From assembly GCA_038325875.1 (NCBI GenBank), contig JBBQJL010000003.1, positions 26,361-90,360 of the forward strand: a stretch of 64,000 bases of DNA. Reading direction: 5' to 3'. Position numbers and translations under genes: made by a program. This document shows positions 9,788 through 18,016 of this stretch, piece after piece. Every line of letters begins with the position of its first letter. The first letter of the stretch is position 1. Below the pieces are notes generated by a model. That model searched no databases and was not told the origin of the DNA. It worked only from the letters and a program-made list of their open reading frames with translations. The stretch is from Candidatus Limnocylindrales bacterium. Lineage in GTDB: Bacteria; Chloroflexota; Limnocylindria; Limnocylindrales; CSP1-4.

Positions 9788-10216
9788 ATGAAGGACACCC
9801 ACAAGCCCGCCAAGGGATTCACGGACGAGGAACGAGTCGCGATCAAGGAGCGCGCCAAAGAGCTGAAGGCGTCCGCAGACAAGGCGGACGGGGAAAGCGA
9901 CGTGCTCGCGAAGATCGCCGAGATGGCGGAACCGGATCGCTCCATGGCCGAGCGACTCCATGCTGTGATCAGCGTCAGCGCGCCAGCCCTCTCGGCGAAG
10001 CTCTGGTACGGGATGCCCGCCTACGCCCGGGACGGCAAGGTCGTCTGCTTCTTCCAGAGCGCGCAGAAGTTCAAGACGAGGTATGCCACGCTCGGCTTCA
10101 GCGACTCGGCGAACCTCGACGACGGCGCCATGTGGCCGACCGCCTTCGCTCTGATGAAGTTGACCGCCGCCGGCGAGGCAAGGATCGGCGCGCTCGTGAA
10201 GAAAGCGGTGATCTGA
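9788..10216 (+). CDS. DUF1801 (YdhG-like) domain protein
   Basis: ATG at 9788 is preceded by GAAAGGAAG. Contains [33 protein letters not shown], typical of DUF1801. The track ORF start at 9656 is an unlikely extension. Confidence 0.7.
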   Translation: MKDTHKPAKGFTDEERVAIKERAKELKASADKADGESDVLAKIAEMAEPDRSMAERLHAVISVSAPALSAKLWYGMPAYARDGKVVCFFQSAQKFKTRYATLGFSDSANLDDGAMWPTAFALMKLTAAGEARIGALVKKAVI

Positions 10217-10252
10217 GTCGCGACCGCATCGACCGCCGCGCTGCGCTAGGGA

Positions 10253-11773
10253 TCAGACCCGATCGAGGCTCGTCGGCTGGTCGAGAAGGCGCGCCTCGCG
10301 CTGCAGGAGCTCCCACACCCGAGCGACATGACGCTCCTCGGTCCGCAGGTTGCCGACGGACAGGCGGATGGTGAAGCGATCGGCGAGCCGGGTGTGGGAC
10401 AGGAACATCTCGCCGGTCCGGTTGACGGCATCCATGAGCGCCTGGTTGCGCTCGTCGAGGAGGGCGCGGACCGCCGGCTCGTCCTGTCGACCGACGAACT
10501 TGGCGGGCCGCCATCGGAAGCAGACCGTCGAGAACGGCACGGGTGCCAGTCGCTCCCAATCCGGGTCCGAATCGATCGCCGCGGTAAACGCCTCGGCGAG
10601 GTCGATGTGGCGCGCGATCCGCCGGCGCAGACCCTCCAGCCCGAACCAGCGGATCTGGATCCACACCTTCAGGGCCCGGAAGCGGCGACCGAGCTGCGGC
10701 TGGTATTCGTTGTAGTCCCTTCCCGGTGCCACCTGATCGAGCGTGCGCAGGTACTCCGGGACGAGGCTGAACGCCGCCCGGATCGCGTCCATCCTGCGGC
10801 TAAGGAGGAGCGAAGCGTCGAGCGGGATGAACAGCCACTTGTGCGCGTTGATCACGATCGAATCGGCCCGCTCCCAGCCGGCGAACGGCACCCGACGCTC
10901 GGGCAGGAGCGCGACCGCTCCAGCGTGGGCAGCATCGACATGGAGCCACACGCCCTCGCGCAGCGCTATGTCGGCGATCGAGGCGACCGGGTCCACTGAC
11001 GTCGAGCTCGTGGTCCCGATCGTGGCCACGATCGCGATCGGCACCAGCCCGGCCGATCGATCCTCGGCGATCGCCGCCTCGAGCGCATCGACCCGCATCT
11101 GGAACTGCGCATCTGTGGGGATCCGGCGCAGTCCCGCGCGCCCGAGCCCCAGGGTCATACATGCCTTCTCGACCGATGAATGCGCTTCGGCCGAGGCGTA
11201 GACTCGAAGCCCGCCGCCCACGTGGCCCCGGCCGGCCAGCCCGAGGGCCGCGACATCCGCTCCGATCGCCTCACGAGCCCCCGCGAGAGCGATCAGCGTG
11301 GAGGTCGATGCCGTGTCGGTCAGCAACCCGTCGAAGCCCTCGGGTAGCCCGACCCCCTGGCGCAGCCAATCGACGACGACGCCCTCCAGCTCGGTGCCGA
11401 CCGGGGACGTCCGCCAGAGCATCGGGTTCTGACCCAGGACTGCGGTGAGCATCTCGCCCAGGATCCCGGGTCCGGAGGCCGTCGTGGCGAAGTAGGCCAT
11501 GAAGCCCGGGTGCTGCCAGTGGGTGGCGTTCGGCTCGACCAGGGTCCTGTAGTCGGCCAGGATCGAGGCGAGCGGTTCGGGCGCCTCCGGTGGCGAGGCT
11601 GGGAAGAGCGGGCGGAGCGTCCCGGGCTCGATCGGCGGGAGGACCGGGTATCCCTCGACCCCGGCAAGGTAGTCGGCCATCAGGTCGACCACGGCATGGG
11701 CCGCTGCCCGGAAGACCTCCGGGTCCATGTCCGTCTCGCCGGTCAGCTGCTCGAGGTCGAGATCGGTGCCCAT
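10253..11773 (-). CDS. pyridoxal-phosphate-dependent (group II, aromatic-L-amino-acid/DDC-like) decarboxylase
   Basis: 506 aa. Contains HWQHPGFMAYF, TASTSTLIAL, the PLP-lysine motif SIVINAHKWLF, and DAAHAGA. Confidence 0.85.
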   Translation of the reverse strand: MGTDLDLEQLTGETDMDPEVFRAAAHAVVDLMADYLAGVEGYPVLPPIEPGTLRPLFPASPPEAPEPLASILADYRTLVEPNATHWQHPGFMAYFATTASGPGILGEMLTAVLGQNPMLWRTSPVGTELEGVVVDWLRQGVGLPEGFDGLLTDTASTSTLIALAGAREAIGADVAALGLAGRGHVGGGLRVYASAEAHSSVEKACMTLGLGRAGLRRIPTDAQFQMRVDALEAAIAEDRSAGLVPIAIVATIGTTSSTSVDPVASIADIALREGVWLHVDAAHAGAVALLPERRVPFAGWERADSIVINAHKWLFIPLDASLLLSRRMDAIRAAFSLVPEYLRTLDQVAPGRDYNEYQPQLGRRFRALKVWIQIRWFGLEGLRRRIARHIDLAEAFTAAIDSDPDWERLAPVPFSTVCFRWRPAKFVGRQDEPAVRALLDERNQALMDAVNRTGEMFLSHTRLADRFTIRLSVGNLRTEERHVARVWELLQREARLLDQPTSLDRV

Positions 11774-11862
11774 CGGCCGAGTCTACATAGGCGGGACGGC
11801 GAGGCGTCGGTGGGACCAACGGGCGATTGGGTCGAGCGGGCGCATCCCCTATCGTCGGGCGC

Positions 11863-12840
11863 ATGACCGATGGCGCCCCCATGCGCGACCGCCGCGCTCG
11901 ATTGCTGGCGGTCGCCTGGGCGGCCATGCTCGCGGTTGCCCTGCTGGCCGGCCCATCGGCCGGCGGGGTGGCCGGCGCGGACCCCTCCCCCAGCCCGACC
12001 GAGTCGACCGACCCGAGCGCCACACCGACGCCGAGCCCCTCCCCGACGCCTACCCCGATCGTCATCGCCTACCGGACGTCGCTCCTCCACGCCGGTGACT
12101 TCACCCGCCAGTACACGCGCTTCCAGTGCGTGGGTGCCTCGCTTCAGATCATGCGCAACATGATCTGGCGGTTCAACAACCGAGGGCCGAACCTGCAGCG
12201 CAAGCTGTGGCAGATCGCCCGGACCAACAGCAAGTACAAGGCCGACGGGGGCTCCGATCCGTACGGCTGGGCGACCGCCACATCGCTCGCCGGCCACGGG
12301 CGCTACGTCTTGATCGCCGCTCCGACGATGGCCGGGGCGGTCAAGGCCGCGACCAAGGGCATCGCCACGACCGGCCGGCCGGCCGGCATCGTCGTCTGGC
12401 ACGGGACCCACGCCTGGGTCGTGACCGGCTTCGAGGCCACCGCCGACCCGAACCAGACCGACGACTATCGGGTGATCACGGTCCGCGTCGCCGACCCGCT
12501 GTGGCCGTACTACCGGGTGCCCAGGCACAAGATCTACCGGCCGGGGACGCGCCTGTACATGGCGGCCCTGGCCACGAACTTCAACAGCTACCACGACGGC
12601 CGCCGGGACGACCGGATCGAGGGGCTGTTCGTGGCGATCGTCCCGCTCGGCGATAGCGCCGCCCTCCCATCTGGAGCTTGGGAACCGAACGGCGGGATCA
12701 CTCCGGCCTCGACCCCGCCGCCGACGGCGAGCCCCAAGCCCGCTCCCTTCCCGACGCCGAGTCCGACCCCCGCTGCGAGCCCGACCGAAGGACCGAGCCC
12801 GACTCCGACCGCCGAGCCGACGCCGTCCCCGAGCGCCTGA
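11863..12840 (+). CDS. secreted papain-fold (C39-like) cysteine peptidase candidate flanked by Pro/Thr/Ser-rich linkers
   Basis: Signal peptide (RRARLLAVAWAAMLAVALLAGPSAG), a PSPSPT linker, then a core with candidate nucleophile FQCVGASLQIM and candidate His in VVWHGTHAWVVTGF. The C-terminal tail of about 60 aa is P/T/S-rich. The start could be 11863 or 11881. Confidence 0.6.
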   Translation: MTDGAPMRDRRARLLAVAWAAMLAVALLAGPSAGGVAGADPSPSPTESTDPSATPTPSPSPTPTPIVIAYRTSLLHAGDFTRQYTRFQCVGASLQIMRNMIWRFNNRGPNLQRKLWQIARTNSKYKADGGSDPYGWATATSLAGHGRYVLIAAPTMAGAVKAATKGIATTGRPAGIVVWHGTHAWVVTGFEATADPNQTDDYRVITVRVADPLWPYYRVPRHKIYRPGTRLYMAALATNFNSYHDGRRDDRIEGLFVAIVPLGDSAALPSGAWEPNGGITPASTPPPTASPKPAPFPTPSPTPAASPTEGPSPTPTAEPTPSPSA

Positions 12841-12957
12841 GCGCTCGTAACAGCTGGTCGAGGGTGCGGCTGTCCGGCTCGATGCAGGAGCCCCTCCGTC
12901 GACCGTCGTGGGCACGACGAGCGGGAGCGGCCGGATCGTCGTGCTCGTCGACTCGCC

Positions 12958-13998
12958 TCAGCGCTGAGGCCGATCGCTCACCCCGTGCATCCGGGCGACG
13001 AACACGGGCAGTCCCAGGACAAGCTCACCCGTGAACGGATCTACGACGTCATCGCGTGCGCCGATCCGGACGACCCGCATCTGAAATCGGTAGGACTTTT
13101 CCTGCACGATGCCTCGGACGATCGAGCGTGCGGTGGTATATCCAGCCCGCTGGACGAGTGCCTCGAGCACGGTATTGAACCCTCCGCCCACATAGGCCAT
13201 CGAGTCCGGCGCGGTCCCAACCTCGCGAGCGATCACCGACCGGATCCCACTCACTTCTCTCCACATCCTGGCGGCTGAGGCCGGAGGATGCGTCGCGCCG
13301 AGCATCGCCAGCTGGATGTGATGAACGTCGTGACCGCCGATCCCGTTCCCCGCGGCGGCGAGAGCGCGAACCTCATCCCAAGTGATGTGCTTCCGGGCGA
13401 TCGCGTCAAGCGTGACGTAGAACTCGGCGACCATCCCGTGTGCGTGGAGGAGAGGCAGGACCGTCGAGACCCAGTCGTGGAACCCATCGTCGAACGTCAG
13501 GATCACCGGGTGGGTCGGAAGCGGGGCGGCGCGATCCCAATGTGCTGCCAGGTCGCGAGGCAGGATCGTCGTGTAGCCGTTCGCGGCGAGCCAGTCGAGC
13601 TGTGCCGCGAACGCGGCTGGGATCGCATCGTAGGCCAGGAAGCCCTGCTTCCGAGTCCGGTTCCAACTGAGGTACGCAGGCGGCGGCGCTTCCACACGGT
13701 GGTAGTAGAGAATGGGCACCGCGCCAACCGGGATCGGTGGCAGCTTCGTGGGGGGCGGCCTGGACGAGGCGTAAGGGACCGGAGAGGGGACGGTCGTCGA
13801 GCCGGGACTCGCGGCGATCCGGCCCGGCGTGCCCGCGGCGACCGGACTCGGTGCGCTGATGACGCTGCTGCTCGGTGAGCTGGCGGCGGTCGGGCTCACA
13901 GCAGTCGGACTCGGGCTGGCCATGTCGCTCGATGCGCATCCAGCCGTGAGCAGCGTCACCAGCAGGATCCGTGTCGCGAGTCGACCGTGCACGACCAT
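12958..13998 (-). CDS. polysaccharide deacetylase (NodB homology) lipoprotein
   Basis: I prefer ATG at 13998 (MVVHGRLATRILLVTLLTAGCASS, a lipobox L-T-A-G-C) over the track start at 14310. NodB motifs: ILTFDDGFHDW, GGHDVHH. A Ser/Pro/Thr linker follows the lipobox. Confidence 0.8.
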   Translation of the reverse strand: MVVHGRLATRILLVTLLTAGCASSDMASPSPTAVSPTAASSPSSSVISAPSPVAAGTPGRIAASPGSTTVPSPVPYASSRPPPTKLPPIPVGAVPILYYHRVEAPPPAYLSWNRTRKQGFLAYDAIPAAFAAQLDWLAANGYTTILPRDLAAHWDRAAPLPTHPVILTFDDGFHDWVSTVLPLLHAHGMVAEFYVTLDAIARKHITWDEVRALAAAGNGIGGHDVHHIQLAMLGATHPPASAARMWREVSGIRSVIAREVGTAPDSMAYVGGGFNTVLEALVQRAGYTTARSIVRGIVQEKSYRFQMRVVRIGARDDVVDPFTGELVLGLPVFVARMHGVSDRPQR

Positions 13999-14084
13999 CA
14001 GACGTGCATCATGCGCCTGTGTGGCGCCAGCGGCCGGAGCGGACGGACCCGAACTGACGACTCGGCCGGCCCCGGGGGCCAGCA

Positions 14085-14117
14085 ATGGCCGGGCGGCCGG
14101 ACCTGAACCGACAACCG
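14085..14117 (-). repeat. degenerate copy of the 3' end (CCA, acceptor strand, T-arm) of the tRNA-Pro gene at 18017-18093
   Basis: Plus strand ATGGCCGGGCGGCCGGACCTGAACCGACAACC aligns to the tRNA region ATGGTCGGGGCGGCCGGATTTGAACCGACGACC. By my hand alignment 28 of 33 columns match. Same orientation as the tRNA. Confidence 0.65.
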
Positions 14118-14394
14118 ATGGTCCGCGGGTCAGACATGGGCATGACGACCTGCCCGGACGAGGAGGATGCCCTGCTGGCGGGATGCGGTCGTCACTCGCG
14201 GCCCGACAGCCGCCTGACCCGCCGTCGCGCGCGTCGCGCGAGCTTCCGGACACGCTGTTCGGCCGAAGCGCCGTCAAGCCTGGAGATCCAGCAGCACGCG
14301 GCCAAGTCACAATCGGCGAATGCGCGCGTCAAACCCGCGCCACCGGGCAACGTGGCCGACGAGCGTCTGCCGTTCCGCTGAGAGGAGCCCTCGC

Positions 14395-15792
14395 ATGCGA
14401 GCGATCCATCCGTCTGTTCTGGTCGCCGGACTTACGGTTCTCCTCGCGGGATGCGCTGTCGCTCAGGTCACAGCGCGTCCTTCGACGGCGGCCGGCGCCC
14501 CGACGACCGCGTCCGAGGCGCCCAGCCACGCGGTGGCCTCTTCGCCGTCGTTCCAGGTGCCGGCGTCAACACCCGGTGTGACGACCTCGGGCACTTCACC
14601 CACGCCGATCGCCGACGCTTCACCACAGCCGAGGCCGAGCGGCCCCGACGGCTTCGTCACCTCCGTCACGATCGATGGCGCGACGGCCTGGACCGGGATC
14701 CATTGGCAGAAGATCGATGCCGCAGATCCACTCGGACACGTTCGCTCCGTCACGCACTGGCCAGGCGGATACGTGGCGCTCGGAGACCTCGAACCCGCAG
14801 ATGGTTCGGCGCACACCAGGATCTGGGTCTCGGCCGACGGCCGGCGCTGGGATGCCCTCAAGCCCAACGCACTCGACTCACGGGCGGTCGTCGTCGGGAT
14901 GGCCGCGACCGCGGACGGGCTCGTCGCCATGACGCTCCAGAGCGGAACGGTCATCTGCGAGGACGCTGGCCCGCATGACCTGAGTCTCCTCGACTGCTGG
15001 ACGAAGACCGGACCCCTCCAGTCGTGGACGTCGTCGGACGGGACCGCATGGACCGCCCATCCGGGGCCGGCGATCACCCTTCCCGAGATGGAAGGGCAGG
15101 GTGAGGCGACCCCGACCCTCGTGGGCGCCACGAGCGACCACCTGATCGCGCTGACACTGGCCGGCCAGCCGCTCGCTGTGACCCGCGACGGGATCGCCTG
15201 GGGATCAGTGCCACGGGACGCCTTCCCGGCCGACTGGCGCGCCGAACGGACGGTTGCCAGTCCGGCTGGCCTGGTCGCGGTCGGCAACGCCGGCGGGAAG
15301 ACCGTCGCCGTCTCGTCGGCGGACGGACGGACGTGGGCGAGCCACGCCTTCCGAACGATCGCGACGCCGATCGAGGACCTCGTCAGCGGGTCCGACGGCC
15401 TCATCATGACGGGGCTCGACTACCCCGCCAGCGGTCCACCGACGTGGGTCTGGTGGTCGTCGCTCGACGGCCGCTACTGGCGGGCGCTGCCCGGCTATCC
15501 GCCGCTCAGCGCGATGTCCGGATCCGCGGCCCAGGAGTGCCGAAACACGTGTCCTGACGGGTCTCTCGGCGGGAACGGCGAGCGGATGATTGCCTACCGC
15601 GGCTGGCGGACGCAGGTCGGTTGGACGTCGTTCGACGGCCGCTCGTGGCTACCGCTGCGATTCGAAGGTCGCCCCGAGACGTCGTCCGGCTGGCTCGACG
15701 ACCATTGCACCAATGACCTGGTCGTGACCGCGATCGGCGTCTCGTGCACCGACTCCGACGGCGCGACATGGTTCGGGACAGCGCAGACCTGA
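14395..15792 (+). CDS. lipoprotein with seven Asp-box/BNR-like repeats (predicted beta-propeller)
   Basis: ATG at 14395 is preceded by GAGAGGAG, with lipobox VLLAGCAV. The S-x-D-G-x-x-W motif recurs seven times: SADGRRW, SSDGTAW, TRDGIAW, SADGRTW, SLDGRYW, SFDGRSW, SDGATW. Confidence 0.75.
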   Translation: MRAIHPSVLVAGLTVLLAGCAVAQVTARPSTAAGAPTTASEAPSHAVASSPSFQVPASTPGVTTSGTSPTPIADASPQPRPSGPDGFVTSVTIDGATAWTGIHWQKIDAADPLGHVRSVTHWPGGYVALGDLEPADGSAHTRIWVSADGRRWDALKPNALDSRAVVVGMAATADGLVAMTLQSGTVICEDAGPHDLSLLDCWTKTGPLQSWTSSDGTAWTAHPGPAITLPEMEGQGEATPTLVGATSDHLIALTLAGQPLAVTRDGIAWGSVPRDAFPADWRAERTVASPAGLVAVGNAGGKTVAVSSADGRTWASHAFRTIATPIEDLVSGSDGLIMTGLDYPASGPPTWVWWSSLDGRYWRALPGYPPLSAMSGSAAQECRNTCPDGSLGGNGERMIAYRGWRTQVGWTSFDGRSWLPLRFEGRPETSSGWLDDHCTNDLVVTAIGVSCTDSDGATWFGTAQT

Positions 15793-16162
15793 ATCGCCGC
15801 AGCGATCTTCGGCCGGCAGCTTGACGGAACCTAGTGGACGCCCGTCATGGCGTCGCTGCGACAGGAGTGCCCACGGTCGAGCGTCTCGCCGAGATGTGGC
15901 CGCCTTTGACGACCTGGGCGGCGACGACGACAACCACGGCGATCACGAGGAGGATGACGAGGTACTCGCGCCTGCTAGCCAACGTGATGGCCGCCGATGC
16001 AGGGCTGGTTCCATGGGGTCACGCCCGCCATCTGCAACGCCAGCATCAGCAGCACGACGGCGAGCGCGGGCGCCGCGATCCATTCACGCGCGGACAGGAT
16101 CCCCTAGATCGTCCCTCCTGGCTGTCGGGGCGGCCGCTCCTGCCTTCACTCCGATCAGAGTA

Positions 16163-16197
16163 GACCCCGGCCGACTCGGGGGATGTCGGCCGGGGTC
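16163..16197. terminator. perfect 13-bp GC-rich hairpin, candidate intrinsic terminator
   Basis: GACCCCGGCCGAC-TCGGGGGAT-GTCGGCCGGGGTC, followed on the plus strand by GATTTGGTGTTGT. The strand it serves is unclear. Confidence 0.5.
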
Positions 16198-16879
16198 GAT
16201 TTGGTGTTGTCAGGCTGCCGAGCCTAGCGAACCAACCTCGACGCTCGGTAGGGCCATTCGGCCTGTTCATGTCCAGTAGGAACGCGTGAACGGCAGTGGC
16301 AAAGCCTCGACGCGATTCGCCCGGCTCAGGCTCGAGGCGGCAGTCCCGGTCGCCGCGGAGCGCGCACGACGGACCCTTCCGAGCCTGAGTCGCAATCGAC
16401 GGTATCTGCTCCTATTGCTACCGGCGTTGCTACCAGACCGAGGCGGACAAGGTCCCCTGGCCGCTCTCCAGACGGACGATCACCTCCGCAAGGCTCCACC
16501 CCTGGTCTGAGGTCCTCGGAACTGCCCACGATGCGGTCGGCGAGGTAGTCGTCTGGCGCTCGGTCCCACCGCATGACCGCGCTACCAACGGGATGAAGGC
16601 CATCGTCGCGACGCACCAAGCGCCTGACAGCGCGGGTGGAAGGAACGCGACCAGGAAGGCGAGACCGAGGCCCAGGACGATGATGACCGCGCTGGTCGAC
16701 GCCGCTCCTTGTGCCGCCCTCCGGTTGATACTTTCTCCGCGGCGCTGCGGAGAAAGTCCCCCGGCGCCCGCACCGTCGCAGAGGTGACCGGGACCGGTCG
16801 GCACAACATTCGGGATTATCCAGAATGCTCTAGCAATAGGACCCCGGCCGAGGCTGGCGGCCTTGCGTATCCTCATGCT

Positions 16880-17806
16880 GTGTCCGCTCGATCAAGGTTG
16901 GCGTTGGTTATCGTGCTCGGGCTTGCCGCACTGCTAAGCGCATCTGCAAGTCCTCCGCCGACGCCGGTGAGGACGGCTTGCGAGGGCGCGACGCCGTTGG
17001 GCGATCCGGGCGAGGCGGTCCAGGTTTGGCTGGACAAGCAGTTGCCGACCGATGTGCCGCCCGGCACGGCGGTCTACCTCGGGGTGACTCTGTGGGATCA
17101 GGCGCACCAACGCCTGGTCCCGGCGCAGTCGACCGAGTACTGGTGGCGGCCAGCCCTCGGGGAGGTCGTTGCCCCCGATCGGGGCATCTTGACCGAGGAT
17201 TGGCTCGGGCACGGCACGGCCGAGATCGTTGTGCCCACACAGGGGATCGGCGCGCTTGAGATCGGCTTCACCGGCACCAGCGGCACGAGGACCGGTGGGC
17301 TGGAACCAGACAACACGATCTTCCCGATCTGTGGCGTGGGGCCACCTCCGGACGCTCCGCTCCCGCTCGTCGCCCGAGCGACCCTCGACTTGGCAGCGCC
17401 GATCGTGGCGGGTCAGGAGAGCGTGGCGATGATCGCGCTCCAGCCGAATGCGGACTGGGAACCGGGAACATTCAGAGCGCCGTCGCAGCTACTGCTGAGG
17501 GCACGTCTTCCTCGCGGCTCCGTCGATGCTTCGGTTCCCGCGAACCTCGTCGATGCCTCCGCTGGCCGGTACCGCGCCACTATCACCCTGACGGAGCCTG
17601 GCGCCTACATCTTGGAAGCGGCGAGTTCGACCGAAACCGGAGGTACATTCAGCTCTTCGGCTCAGCGAGTCAATGTTGTCGCCAACGCGTCGGCTGCCCC
17701 GACGAACAGTGGTTCCGGACCCGGTGTGCTGCTTCCGGTTCTGCTCCTGGTCGGTGCGGTCGTCGTGGTGGCCGTTGTCGTTCTTGTGATTCGGCGCGAG
17801 TGGTAG
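16880..17806 (+). CDS. secreted hypothetical protein with a C-terminal membrane anchor
   Basis: In-frame GTG at 16880 gives VSARSRLALVIVLGLAALLSASASPPP, a Sec-type signal. The body is beta-rich. The C-terminus is GVLLPVLLLVGAVVVVAVVVLVIRREW (TM plus basic tail). No family recognised. The track start at 16709 is unlikely. Confidence 0.6.
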   Translation: MSARSRLALVIVLGLAALLSASASPPPTPVRTACEGATPLGDPGEAVQVWLDKQLPTDVPPGTAVYLGVTLWDQAHQRLVPAQSTEYWWRPALGEVVAPDRGILTEDWLGHGTAEIVVPTQGIGALEIGFTGTSGTRTGGLEPDNTIFPICGVGPPPDAPLPLVARATLDLAAPIVAGQESVAMIALQPNADWEPGTFRAPSQLLLRARLPRGSVDASVPANLVDASAGRYRATITLTEPGAYILEAASSTETGGTFSSSAQRVNVVANASAAPTNSGSGPGVLLPVLLLVGAVVVVAVVVLVIRREW

Positions 17807-17925
17807 GCCTCGTCCGAGGGCGGTTCAAGTGGCCACGAGTCTGGCCGGGGGCTCATGTCCATCCATCGTCGTCTTGGCCGCGCTACTTGGCGCGGTCGTC
17901 GTTGGCACCCGGGCCGCCGGACGCT

Positions 17926-17954
17926 TCCGGGCGGCCGGACCTGGACCGACGACC
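17926..17954 (-). repeat. second degenerate copy of the tRNA-Pro 3' end, about 65 nt beyond the tRNA 3' terminus
   Basis: TCCGGGCGGCCGGACCTGGACCGACGACC aligns to tRNA TCGGGGCGGCCGGATTTGAACCGACGACC (25 of 29). It matches the 14.09-kb copy at 28 of 30 positions, including the shared TT-to-CC change. Confidence 0.65.
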
Positions 17955-18016
17955 GACCGACCCTGATGGAGCCATCGCAATCGACGGCCCTTGGAGTGCT
18001 GTCTTGTGAGTGAGAT

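Noticed and set aside
12925-12940. Third tRNA-Pro-like fragment (GGGAGCGGCCGGAT) in the peptidase/deacetylase spacer.
   Set aside because: Only about 10-13 nt match before the similarity collapses. That is within chance expectation for this GC content.
15845-15982. Calling the 45-codon ORF a Flp/Fap type IVb pilin.
   Set aside because: The glycine cleavage site five residues before the Glu-Tyr is missing (the sequence is L-ASRREY). Only a TTG start is available, and there is no tad locus in the window. It is kept only as a micro-ORF observation.
17700-17806. Sortase or exosortase-type C-terminal sorting signal on the secreted protein (TM plus RREW tail).
   Set aside because: No LPXTG/LAXTG, PEP or GlyGly-CTERM motif precedes the helix. 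A plain C-terminal membrane anchor is the simpler reading.
14118-17925. Integrase, excisionase, transposase or phage genes inside the putative tRNA-Pro island.
   Set aside because: I scanned the six-frame translations for R..H-x-x-R..Y integrase boxes, DDE motifs and HTH excisionase-like peptides and found none. The island hypothesis therefore rests on the att-like repeats alone.
17870-17925. Third copy of the 5-kb/34-kb intergenic module (GTCGTCGTTGGCACCCGGGCCGCCGG versus GCCGTCGTTGCGAACCACCCGGCCCCGCCGG).
   Set aside because: The match is short, the other anchors are missing or differently spaced, and part of it is explained by the adjacent tRNA-like repeat hairpin.
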